A stretch of DNA of 64,000 bases from an uncultured Desulfocapsaceae bacterium (GCA_964558875.1 CAZLGM010000001.1:5447-69446), one strand, 5' to 3'. Numbered from the stretch's first letter, positions 45,721-54,110 are shown. Notes: a model not told the origin generated them from the sequence alone. Program-made: numbers and translations.

Positions 45721-47196
45721 CTATGAGTTGTCTTTCAGTTGGGATTTGGCGATGTTCAGGTTGCTGGCTGCCTGCTCATAGTCTGGCCGGATTTTCAAAG
45801 CCTGTTCATAATGGGAAACGGCCTCACCAATGTTGCCTTTTTTAAAATAAACAAAGCCCAGACTGTTATGGGCCTCGGCATAACCGGATTCGGCTTCGAT
45901 CACCTTTTTAAGCTCTTCAATAGCCGCGTCAAACTGCTTGATGTCCCCCAGGGCGACACCGAGGTTAAATCGGGCAGGAAGAAAATCCGGCTGAATGTCC
46001 AAACATTTCCGGTAGCAGTTTATGGCTTCATTGGTGTTTTTTTCATTATAAAAATCATTGCCTTTGGTCAGCCAGGGTTGGGCCAGTTCCAGGTCGTCAG
46101 TGTGATGGACAACATCCCGCATCGCCTCATCAGGAAGAGTATAGGATGAACGGATCAGATTATCATTCCAGTCGAGAATAGCAGGAAAACGGATACCAGC
46201 AAGGATGTTGACGGCAAAGATCTCTTCGACACCCGTTTCAAAACGCAGAAAAGCGACGATCTCACCGCTGGTGATATCAACGACATATACGCCGCAGGTT
46301 CTCTCAGGTATTTCTTTGGTAAGTGGAATGCCTGAAAAGACAGCTGTTTCCCGAACTTTTGAGAGACCAATGAATGCGAGATTGCCAAGGAAATCAAGAC
46401 CCCGGGTAAAACCGGGCAGGGTGGCAACGGTAATGGACTCTTTTTTATCGGGATCATAAACGTTCAAACCACCGGTACCTGACTCCAGAAACCAGAGACG
46501 GTCCTGATACCAGCGGGGAGAATGGGGCATGGAAAGTCCATCCAGAATGATTTCGTTGGAATCGATATCCATCAGGATCCCACCATCCGCCTTCTTCTGC
46601 CGCCAGCCGGAAGCCACGTCGGTGGTACCAAGAGCAGTTACATACCTGGGCTTCCCATCCCGCAGACCAAGGCCGTTGAGATGACAGCGGTCGCGCATAT
46701 CATAGCCGGTGATAAAGGGAGGCCGCCAGCGGGGAACAAAGCTGTTCTGACCGTCCATGGTACAGAGGCAGGAAAACCGGGTATTGATAAACCACAATTC
46801 ATCATCAGCCCAGGTCATTTCATGAATATCAATATCGCCGGTGACATGAATCTTGTAGGGCAGAAAGCAGCCGTCATGGGGTACGGTGGACTCGATTTTT
46901 GATCCCACCTCGGGAGTGTTGCGCAGAATCCAGATGGCCGATTCGGCTCCAACAGCGATCTTACTGTTGTCAGCGGCAACACCCATTGGCTTGCGAAAAT
47001 TAATGAAGTGGCTGTTGACACTCTCTTGTTCATTACGGACAATGACCAGTTTGCCGGCCTGATAGGTCGAGACCAGAAAACACGATTGGGACTGTTCCAG
47101 AATCTGCTTGAGGCTGTCGGTATGGACAATCTTCAGTTCTTCGGATGCTTGGCCTGCCGGTGCCGGTTGTGAGCCATTGTTGTTTGTTTGTGCCAT
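45721..47196 (-). CDS. TIGR03032/DUF4915-like beta-propeller protein fused to C-terminal TPR repeats
   Basis: STYQAGKLVIV, TGDIDIHEM, INTRFSCLC, DRCHLNGLG and GLSMPHSPRWYQDRLWFLESGTGGL match my recollection of the TIGR03032 family. The C-terminus has three TPR-like units (AINCYRKCLDIQPDF..., AEAHNSLGFVYFKKGNIGEAVSHYEQALKIRPDY). Confidence 0.7.
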   Translation of the reverse strand: MAQTNNNGSQPAPAGQASEELKIVHTDSLKQILEQSQSCFLVSTYQAGKLVIVRNEQESVNSHFINFRKPMGVAADNSKIAVGAESAIWILRNTPEVGSKIESTVPHDGCFLPYKIHVTGDIDIHEMTWADDELWFINTRFSCLCTMDGQNSFVPRWRPPFITGYDMRDRCHLNGLGLRDGKPRYVTALGTTDVASGWRQKKADGGILMDIDSNEIILDGLSMPHSPRWYQDRLWFLESGTGGLNVYDPDKKESITVATLPGFTRGLDFLGNLAFIGLSKVRETAVFSGIPLTKEIPERTCGVYVVDITSGEIVAFLRFETGVEEIFAVNILAGIRFPAILDWNDNLIRSSYTLPDEAMRDVVHHTDDLELAQPWLTKGNDFYNEKNTNEAINCYRKCLDIQPDFLPARFNLGVALGDIKQFDAAIEELKKVIEAESGYAEAHNSLGFVYFKKGNIGEAVSHYEQALKIRPDYEQAASNLNIAKSQLKDNS

Positions 47197-47363
47197 GGAA
47201 AGACCTGTGGAAGAGAGAGCAATGTAACAGATAGACGGCCTGGAAGGCTTTCAGTCTGTTTTGTTCAGTGGTTATAGCCGACAAATCATACGTAAAATAA
47301 TAGCCAACAATATACCTGTTCAAACAGTGATGGCAACTGGAATCAAAACGGCTTTGCTATAAG

Positions 47364-47579
47364 CCTGAATCCGTGAGCATTCGATAGTGCCGTAGCTTTG
47401 CTTGATTTAACCGTCCGATTATAGTGCGCTATATCGCGCGGTTAAATCAAGCAAAGATGCAGCGCTAGCGGATGCCCCGAGGGGCGGAAGAGTACTTTGG
47501 TTCAAATGTATAATCCAATAATTTCATGTAATATTAAAATTTTATCAAAAAAAATAACATCCTCCGTCACGGATTCAGG
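47364..47579. mobile_element. MITE-like 216-bp element with 13-bp terminal inverted repeats and an internal long hairpin
   Basis: The left end is CCTGAATCCGTGA (47364-47376) and the right end is TCACGGATTCAGG (47567-47579). The internal 18-bp stem pairs CTTTGCTTGATTTAACCG (47396-47413) with CGGTTAAATCAAGCAAAG (47439-47456). No ORF is present. Confidence 0.55.
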
Positions 47580-47627
47580 ACGAGCTGTTCCTTGACAGGG
47601 AGCGCCAGAGTATATTTAACTGCGTAT

Positions 47628-47642
47628 TGGTATAGAAATTGC
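47628..47642 (+). promoter_or_regulatory. possible weak sigma-54 promoter upstream of the glrK-like kinase
   Basis: TGGTAT-agaaa-TTGC has the correct GG-N10-GC spacing but a poor -24 hexamer. Confidence 0.3.
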
Positions 47643-47722
47643 CAGTGTTTTGATGAGTATGGTTGTCATCGTTTTGTGTGAGGCTAAACAGAAAAATATT
47701 TTCCATTTTTCAGGAACGTTTC

Positions 47723-49180
47723 ATGATACTCCCCCGTCCACGCACTTTTCTTAATCTTGTCGTTGTTGGATTTGTGTTGGTTTCCCTGCCGCTGACCGTT
47801 GGCCTCTTTTCCACGTTTTCCTATCTTGATAAACTGTCGGCAAGAAGTGTACTGATTGTTGAATCGACTAAGGGCGGGGTGAAAAATTCCAACGATCTTT
47901 CATCGATTTTACGAAACATTGAGCGGCATATCAGGTTATATGAGATCGTTTCCGCAGACGAGCAGTTGCAGACCGCTGTCAACTATCACAATGAGTCGAC
48001 CGATCTGGTGGAAAAGCTGCTCGGACTCCCGGTTGCAGGTGAACTGAGAAAAGAGCTGGTTGAACTCAAAAGCCAACAGGAAGCATTTGGCCGTCAACTG
48101 ATTTTGCTAAAAAATGAAGACAAAAAAAAAGCGGTTCCGCTGGAGTCGCTGCTGAGCCAGCTTCACAATATTCGTGATCGGGCGACAGGTATTGGAACCG
48201 GTGTCACCGGTTGGGTTGAGGAGGAGGTCGGTCGATTGACCGAGCTTGTTCAAAAGGCGGAGAGAACCCTCACCAATCAGACCATAGGTTTCATTCTGTT
48301 GACCATCCTGATGATTTTCGGTTTTGCTGTTCTTATTTCATGGCCGATCAGACAGCTCAATAAAAGCGTTGAGCGTTTGGGAGCCGGGGACTTCACTACG
48401 CCGGTTTTCGTGGTTGGTCCCAAGGATATTGAGCTGGTCGGCAAGAAGCTCGAGTGGCTGAGAAACAGGCTGGCCTATCTTGAGCAGGAAAAAACAAGAT
48501 TTCTGGCGCATGTGTCCCATGAATTGAAAACTCCATTGGCCTCCATACGTGAAGGGGCATCACTTCTGAGCGAGGAAGTGGTCGGCAATCTTGATGAAAA
48601 TCAGCGGCAGGTAGCAGCCATTCTTGTTAATAACTCGATCAAGCTGCAGCAGCTTATTGATAATATGCTGAAAATCAATATGGCCAAGGTTGGTAGAAAG
48701 GAGGTGCAGCAGGAAATGGTTCCTCTGCACCAGGTTATAGAAATGGTTGCCGAAGAGCAGACCAACAAGGTTCTCAGTAAAAAATTGAAACTCGAACTTG
48801 AACTGACAGATGTGCTGATTCTAGGGAATAAAAAGGAGCTGGAGGACTTGTTTGAAAACCTGTTTTCCAATGCGGTTAAGTTTTCTCCGGTTGGCGGGAT
48901 TATCAGTTGCGCGATGAAACTGTCAGATAAACAGATACATATCCTGGTCAGTGATGAAGGCCCGGGAATCCCGGAGTCGGAACAGGAAAAAATATTCTCC
49001 GCCTATCATCGAATCGAAGATAAAGTTCATGGACAGGAGGAAGGCAGCGGCCTGGGCCTTGCCATTGTCAGGGAATATGTGAAAAATCATTGCGGCAGTG
49101 TGGAGGTTGTGCAAAATAAAAAGGCAGGAACATCGTTTCTGGTTGTCCTGCCATTGGACCGGGAGGAAGAGGAGGTATGA
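47723..49180 (+). CDS. glrK: sensor histidine kinase, GlrK/QseE-like (TM, periplasmic domain, TM, HAMP, HisKA, HATPase_c)
   Basis: I prefer ATG 47723 (AGGAA 7 nt upstream) to the track's TTG at 47663. The H-box is RFLAHVSHELKTPLASIREGASLL. N and G boxes are present. The gene order kinase, lipoprotein, sigma-54 regulator matches E. coli glrK-yfhG-glrR. Confidence 0.75.
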   Translation: MILPRPRTFLNLVVVGFVLVSLPLTVGLFSTFSYLDKLSARSVLIVESTKGGVKNSNDLSSILRNIERHIRLYEIVSADEQLQTAVNYHNESTDLVEKLLGLPVAGELRKELVELKSQQEAFGRQLILLKNEDKKKAVPLESLLSQLHNIRDRATGIGTGVTGWVEEEVGRLTELVQKAERTLTNQTIGFILLTILMIFGFAVLISWPIRQLNKSVERLGAGDFTTPVFVVGPKDIELVGKKLEWLRNRLAYLEQEKTRFLAHVSHELKTPLASIREGASLLSEEVVGNLDENQRQVAAILVNNSIKLQQLIDNMLKINMAKVGRKEVQQEMVPLHQVIEMVAEEQTNKVLSKKLKLELELTDVLILGNKKELEDLFENLFSNAVKFSPVGGIISCAMKLSDKQIHILVSDEGPGIPESEQEKIFSAYHRIEDKVHGQEEGSGLGLAIVREYVKNHCGSVEVVQNKKAGTSFLVVLPLDREEEEV

Positions 49181-49698
49181 AACAGATGACCATCCGGTTT
49201 ATGCTGATTCCTTTGTGCTGTTTGTTTCTGAGTTCATGCGCGGCCAATAAGGACAGGTGGCTTCTTATGGGCATTGATCTGAAAACGGAGATGGGCCTCA
49301 GACCAAACGCGATTGAGAGTCTCGATAGATGTCTGAAAATCAAAAAAAAGATGTCGCCTGCAAAATTTACCAAGCTCTTTGGCCGGGAAGCTTCCCTGGT
49401 GAAGAAGAACCCGACAACCGCTGACTGGGGTAAACTCGGATGTCTTGGCTTTCATTCATCGGCAACCGTTTCCCAGGTCCGCAAGGCGGCCACTCTGCTG
49501 CCGACCAAAGGATTACCGGCAGGTGAACAACGGGTTGTAGACCTGTTGCGTGAGCTGTTGAAAAGAAGGGCGACGGAACTGGCTGATTTAAGGAAGTGTA
49601 CGGTTCAACAGCAAAAGGAACGAGCCCGTATAAAACAACTGGAAGAGCAGGTTAAGAAGCTTCAGGAGATTGAGTTGTTGTTGCAAAAGGGCCGCTGA
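49177..49698 (+). CDS. small lipoprotein in the QseG/YfhG position of the three-component system
   Basis: The lipobox is MLIPLCCLFLSSCAAN. The start overlaps the kinase stop (ATGA). It has a C-terminal coiled coil. The assignment rests on position only. Confidence 0.55.
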   Translation: MKQMTIRFMLIPLCCLFLSSCAANKDRWLLMGIDLKTEMGLRPNAIESLDRCLKIKKKMSPAKFTKLFGREASLVKKNPTTADWGKLGCLGFHSSATVSQVRKAATLLPTKGLPAGEQRVVDLLRELLKRRATELADLRKCTVQQQKERARIKQLEEQVKKLQEIELLLQKGR

Positions 49699-49737
49699 AC
49701 CCGTCTAGTTCATGGGAGTTCTATGAGAGGATAAAAG

Positions 49738-49831
49738 AGATCGCCGCGGTCGCTGACGCTCCCTCGCGATGACCAAAGCACTATCAGTCTTTGCGAGCGT
49801 AGCGAAGCAGGTAAGCGACAGACTCCGATCT
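49738..49831 (+). repeat. dispersed intergenic repeat (about 90 nt, internal hairpin), full copy
   Basis: GAGATCGCCGCGGTCGCTGACGCTCCCTCGCGATGAC...TTTGCGAGCGTAGCGAAGCAGGTAAGCGACAGACTCCGATCT is close to the reverse complement of 53701-53790. Confidence 0.7.
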
Positions 49832-49894
49832 CTGTGGTCATTTTGTCATTAACTAGTTGGAAGAAAATAATCACTTTTTTACAAGTACAGAGTC

Positions 49895-51235
49895 ATGAAT
49901 AACGGTACCATATTGCTGGTTGACGACCATACCGACCTGCTCAGCCTTTGGAAACTCAGATTGGAAGGGGCCGGCTATACTGTGATTACGGCCGAAAGCG
50001 GAGAGGAGGCCTTGGCAGCCTTTTCAGCAGCTTCCCCGAATCTGGTGATAACCGATTTGCGGATGGACGGTATGGATGGTATGGCGCTTCACGATGCTGT
50101 CCGTAAACTGAGCGGCTCGGTGCCGGTGATCATTATCACTGCCCATGGTTCGATCCCGGAAGCGGTTGAGGCAACCCGGCGGGGGGTTTTCTCTTTTCTG
50201 ACAAAGCCAATAGACGGTCAACTTTTTCTTGAAGAAATAGAAAAGGCGCTGGCCGCTGCCGGTCATATCGCTGGCGGTGAGGATGGTGAAGGCTGGCGGC
50301 AGGAGATCATCACAAAATCATCGGCCATGGAGGAGTTGCTGTCAAAGGCTAAACTGGTGGCCCAAAGCCTTACCAGTGTGATGATCAGGGGAGAGTCCGG
50401 CACCGGCAAAGAGCTGCTGGCAAGGGCGATCCACCGGGCAAGCCCGCGAGCGAAAAAGAAATTTGTTCCGGTTAACTGCGGTGGTATTCCGGAACCGCTG
50501 TTGGAATCGGAGTTGTTCGGACACGCGAAGGGCTCGTTTACCGGAGCGGACCGGAGTTATCAGGGGCTTTTCAGATCAGCCGATGGTGGCACTTTGTTTC
50601 TCGATGAAATTGGAGATATGCCCATGGCACTCCAGGTGAAGATATTGCGGGTCCTCCAGGACAAACAGGTGCGTCCGGTGGGTGATTCCCGAAGCTTCTC
50701 CGTTGATGTGCGTATCATCTCGGCAACCCATCAGGACCTGGAAGAAGGTATACAGCAAAAGCGTTTCAGAGAAGACCTGTACTATCGCCTTAATGTGGTG
50801 TCGCTTGCACTTCCGCCGCTCAGGGAAAGGCGTGAGGATATCCCGCTGCTTGTTGACCACTGTATCAAACGGCTCAACAAACAGAACAGCAGATCGGTCA
50901 CCGGTTTTGCTCCCGATGGCATGAATCTCCTGCTTGAGGCCTCCTGGCCAGGCAATGTCCGGCAACTGTTTAACGTGGTCGAACAGGCTGTGGCGTTGAC
51001 CACAACCGACCTGATTCCAGCCTCCCTTCTTTCCCGGTCACTTCGGCAGGAACCGGTAACCATCCAGACATTTGACGAGGCCAGGCGTGAATTCGAACTT
51101 CATTACCTGGTCAGACTTCTGCAGATGACCTCCGGCAACGTCGCCCATGCCGCTCGAATTGCCGGTAGAAATAGAACGGATCTCTATAAAATACTTAATC
51201 GCCACCACATTGTTCCTTCGTTGTTTAAATCCTAA
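49895..51235 (+). CDS. glrR: sigma-54-dependent response regulator, GlrR/QseF-like
   Basis: VITDLRMDGMDGM, IIITAHGSIPEAVEATRRGVFSFLTKP, GESGTGKELLARAIH, ESELFGHAKGSFTGA and the C-terminal FELHYLVRLLQMTSGNVAHAARIAGRNRTDLYKILNRH closely parallel E. coli GlrR as I recall it. Confidence 0.85.
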   Translation: MNNGTILLVDDHTDLLSLWKLRLEGAGYTVITAESGEEALAAFSAASPNLVITDLRMDGMDGMALHDAVRKLSGSVPVIIITAHGSIPEAVEATRRGVFSFLTKPIDGQLFLEEIEKALAAAGHIAGGEDGEGWRQEIITKSSAMEELLSKAKLVAQSLTSVMIRGESGTGKELLARAIHRASPRAKKKFVPVNCGGIPEPLLESELFGHAKGSFTGADRSYQGLFRSADGGTLFLDEIGDMPMALQVKILRVLQDKQVRPVGDSRSFSVDVRIISATHQDLEEGIQQKRFREDLYYRLNVVSLALPPLRERREDIPLLVDHCIKRLNKQNSRSVTGFAPDGMNLLLEASWPGNVRQLFNVVEQAVALTTTDLIPASLLSRSLRQEPVTIQTFDEARREFELHYLVRLLQMTSGNVAHAARIAGRNRTDLYKILNRHHIVPSLFKS

Positions 51236-51310
51236 AGCGGATCAATCTGCCACCCACCATTTTCCACCATTCTATTTTTACAATCGCTGTTGCTGCATAA
51301 AAGATACATT

Positions 51311-51328
51311 TGTCGCTAAATGGAAACA
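51311..51328 (+). promoter_or_regulatory. imperfect GlrR-type activator site (TGTC-N10-AACA)
   Basis: The site reads TGTCGCTAAATGGAAACA. Its CGCTAAATGG core is the inverted counterpart of CCATTTAGCG in the downstream site. Confidence 0.4.
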
Positions 51329-51388
51329 GATTGTCAGCAGCTTTCAACCGATTACAACTAAAATGGTTGAAATGGGTGGGGTTTCGTC

Positions 51389-51406
51389 TGTCGCCATTTA
51401 GCGACA
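51389..51406 (+). promoter_or_regulatory. perfect TGTC-N10-GACA activator-binding site (GlrR consensus)
   Basis: TGTCGCCATTTAGCGACA lies about 120-135 bp upstream of the sigma-54 promoter at 51525, a typical enhancer distance. Confidence 0.55.
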
Positions 51407-51524
51407 ATCATTTTTCTGTTTGAATACCAGATGGTTACCTGGTTGGGCATGGCAACAAAACGGAAATACTACTCATCTGCAGACAGGTTTTATGAATTAA
51501 GAGCAGTAATTTTCGCGTTCATTC

Positions 51525-51540
51525 TGGCACCGTTTGTGCA
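51525..51540 (+). promoter_or_regulatory. sigma-54 (-24/-12) promoter immediately downstream of glrR-like gene
   Basis: cTGGCAC-cgttt-GTGCA has the canonical spacing with only one deviation (G for T at -14). Confidence 0.6.
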
Positions 51541-51549
51541 TTTTGTAAA

Positions 51550-51824
51550 GCATCAGAATCCTGTGCCGGTTCATCATCCAACGTCCAGGTATCCTCTCGC
51601 GTATCGTTTATTTCCTCGGCGTGACTGCATGATGAGTCAGCAATTCTCAACAGATACACACATAATCTCTCCACATCTCTCTTCCTCGTGATGGGTGGTT
51701 GGGCCGGTCAGGAAACTGATGTCTCCCAGGTGTTCCAATCGAAACAATCGTGCAGGTGGGATAATGAGAAACATATTCGCACAACAATCCAGCCGACTGG
51801 CAGAGAGACTGCTTTTGTTTTTTT
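51550..51824 (+). ncRNA. candidate sigma-54/GlrR-dependent small RNA (or leader), about 270 nt; hypothetical
   Basis: It would start about 10-12 nt after the -12 element. A possible terminator is GCAG-agaga-CTGC (51800-51812) followed by TTTTGTTTTTTT (51813-24). I saw no ORF with an RBS. E. coli GlrR drives the sRNA gene glmY. Confidence 0.3.
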
Positions 51825-51975
51825 ACCGAATTTTTCCAGTGCTTTTCTGTTTTTTCTGCGTCACTTTCTTTCTCTTCTTATCCATCTCAATCATCGAAAT
51901 CTATTCCATCAGACGAATGGTCACCATCGGAATGGAAGTGTCACTTTTTTAACTTGAGTTGATGAGAATTTCAGG

Positions 51976-52821
51976 TTAAGAGGGCCAGCTTGAAGTGATT
52001 GTCAGTTCCGAATCGAGTTTGCAGGCTCGCATGAACGGATCGTGGTAAAAGAGGAACCAGCAGTCTTTGGCTCCATATTCCTTGAAGAATTGCTCTTTTC
52101 GATCAATGACGTCTAACGGGAAGTTATCATAGGCCATCACCCAGAGCGGGTTGACCTGAGCATGGGTAGGAAACAGGTCGCCGAGATGGACCGCGTATTC
52201 CAAACCGCTATTCATCTCGACAATCTGATGGCCCCTGGTATGGCCACCGCTGTACCGGACCCGTATCCCCTCGCAGATGAGTTGGTCACCATTCACCAGT
52301 TCAATGCGACCGTTTTTTTTCAGTTTGTGAAAATTGTGCGGAAAATAGGTGGACTGAGCTCGCCTGCAAGGGTTTTCAACATCTTCCCATTCCTTTTCCT
52401 GAATGATATGGATGGCTTTGGGCCAGGTAAGCTCTTCATCACCTCTCTCGTTTATCATCACTACTCCACCACCATGATCAAAATCGCAATGGGTAAGGAT
52501 GACATAATTGATATCGTTACGCGACAGTCCGAGCTTTTCAAGTTGGGCCGGAATGTTCCATGGCGGTGAGACCTGAAAAATAGATCGCTGCTTTTCGGTC
52601 AGTTTATTGCCAAGTCCACTGTCGATAACGATATTTGCCTGGGGAGTACGGACCAGGATCGGATCATTGCGCAGCGAAATTAAATTATCGTTGTCGGCTG
52701 GATATTGCTTCTGCCAGAGGACTTTGGGAACCGGACCGAACATGGTACCGCCATCCAGACGAAAATTACCTCCGGGAAGCCAACTGATTTCGATATCACC
52801 GATGGTCAGTAATTCCGTCAT
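51976..52821 (-). CDS. MBL-fold metallo-hydrolase
   Basis: A 281-aa ORF. The metal motif region is VILTHCDFDHGGG (a variant of HxHxDH), with later GGHTRGH and HD residues. Confidence 0.75.
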   Translation of the reverse strand: MTELLTIGDIEISWLPGGNFRLDGGTMFGPVPKVLWQKQYPADNDNLISLRNDPILVRTPQANIVIDSGLGNKLTEKQRSIFQVSPPWNIPAQLEKLGLSRNDINYVILTHCDFDHGGGVVMINERGDEELTWPKAIHIIQEKEWEDVENPCRRAQSTYFPHNFHKLKKNGRIELVNGDQLICEGIRVRYSGGHTRGHQIVEMNSGLEYAVHLGDLFPTHAQVNPLWVMAYDNFPLDVIDRKEQFFKEYGAKDCWFLFYHDPFMRACKLDSELTITSSWPS

Positions 52822-52827
52822 GACGAG

Positions 52828-53670
52828 CTAACGGGTGCCTCTATAAAATGCAAGCCTGGAAGCGTAAGGTTGAAGGCGGGACATGATTTGGGCTCGTTCT
52901 TTCAAGGTCAGGGGCACCATTGTCTCAGTGGCATCAACCATTGTCTTAACCTCATCGGGATTCGAACAGCCGATGATGGGCAGGGTGATGTCAATGGAAT
53001 TGGCATAGCGGATCAGAAGGTCTGCAGTGATGCCGAGTTTAGGAAGAATATAATGGGAGCCACCGACTACTTTCATGCCGACCACACCAATATTCTTTTC
53101 TTTAGCAGCGTTCAACGTCGAGGTCAGAAAACCGCCAATGATTTCTTCGATGGGATTTACAGGCAACAGGACTGAATCAACCGGCCATTCCTGTACCGCC
53201 CTGGTCAGAACTTCCGGGTCATGGTGGCCGGTTACCCCAATAAATCGGACAGTTCCTTTTTCTCTGGCTTCCACAAAGGCCTCCAAAGCGCCTCCAGGTC
53301 TGGATATGGCTTCAATGTCCGCCATGGTTCTCACATCGTGGATCTGCCAGAGGTCGAGATAATCGGTCTGCAGCCGTTTCAGACTGCCTTCCAGATCCGC
53401 CAGCGCGCCGTCCCGATCACGGGAAGCGGATTTAGAGGTCTGAAAAATCGATTTTCGCACATCCGGATTCTCACCCCAGATAGAGCCGAGATAGATCTCG
53501 CTGTCCGAGTAGACCCTGGCTGAATCAAAATAGGTGACACCCATCTCAATAGCCTGCCTGATGACAGTCTGAGCTTCATCAAGCCGTCCATATGTCCGTA
53601 GAACACCTTCTCCACCCAGCCCAACCGCTGAGACACTCCTGCCTGTGGTGCCGAAAGGAACCTGTTTCAT
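52828..53670 (-). CDS. aldo/keto reductase family oxidoreductase
   Basis: The sequence reads VSAVGLGGEG...VTYFDSARVYSDSEIYLG...YLDLWQIHD...IGVTGH. Confidence 0.8.
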   Translation of the reverse strand: MKQVPFGTTGRSVSAVGLGGEGVLRTYGRLDEAQTVIRQAIEMGVTYFDSARVYSDSEIYLGSIWGENPDVRKSIFQTSKSASRDRDGALADLEGSLKRLQTDYLDLWQIHDVRTMADIEAISRPGGALEAFVEAREKGTVRFIGVTGHHDPEVLTRAVQEWPVDSVLLPVNPIEEIIGGFLTSTLNAAKEKNIGVVGMKVVGGSHYILPKLGITADLLIRYANSIDITLPIIGCSNPDEVKTMVDATETMVPLTLKERAQIMSRLQPYASRLAFYRGTR

Positions 53671-53700
53671 GGTATCACCCCCATCCTAACCCTGTAAGAA

Positions 53701-53790
53701 ATCGGAGTCTGTCGCTTACCTGCTTCACTTCGTTCGCAACGACAGGATGAACATATGTCGTCGCGAGGGAGCATAGCGACCGTGGCGATC
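53701..53790 (-). repeat. dispersed intergenic repeat, copy flanking the GIY-YIG gene (downstream side)
   Basis: ...CGTTCGCAACGACAGGATGAACATATGTCGTCGCGAGGGAGCATAGCGACCGTGGCGATCT is about 90% identical by eye to 54111-54186 and has the same orientation. Confidence 0.7.
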
Positions 53791-53795
53791 TCGAC

Positions 53796-54083
53796 TTACA
53801 AATCCCCACTCAAGTCATTCCACTCCGGGTTAATTTCATTGATCAGTATCTCTTTCTTCTTCCTTGATCCAGCTTTGATCTGTTTTTCTCTGGTGATTGC
53901 CCCGATGATCTCATCATGACATTCGTAATAAACAAGTTTGTGACAATTGTACTTCTTTGTAAAGCCAGGAACCAGATTGTTTTTATGCTGATAAACTCTT
54001 TTTTTGAGATCGCTGGTTACTCCTGTATACAAAACGGTATTATGTCGATTGGTCATGATATAGACATAGCCGGCCTTTGGCAT
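53796..54083 (-). CDS. GIY-YIG nuclease superfamily small protein
   Basis: The sequence reads GYVYIMTNRHNTVLYTGVTSDLKKRVYQHK...KLVYYE...REKQIKAGSRKKK. Confidence 0.85.
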   Translation of the reverse strand: MPKAGYVYIMTNRHNTVLYTGVTSDLKKRVYQHKNNLVPGFTKKYNCHKLVYYECHDEIIGAITREKQIKAGSRKKKEILINEINPEWNDLSGDL

Positions 54084-54110
54084 AAAGTTTTATATTGTGG
54101 TGATTAAATG

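Noticed and set aside
51431-51957. ORFs 51431-51691, 51688-51957 and 51695-51952 as protein-coding genes
   Set aside because: They lack a Shine-Dalgarno sequence. The first starts upstream of and spans the predicted sigma-54 promoter. The products are low-complexity or hydrophobic with no motif. The region is better explained as regulatory or non-coding.
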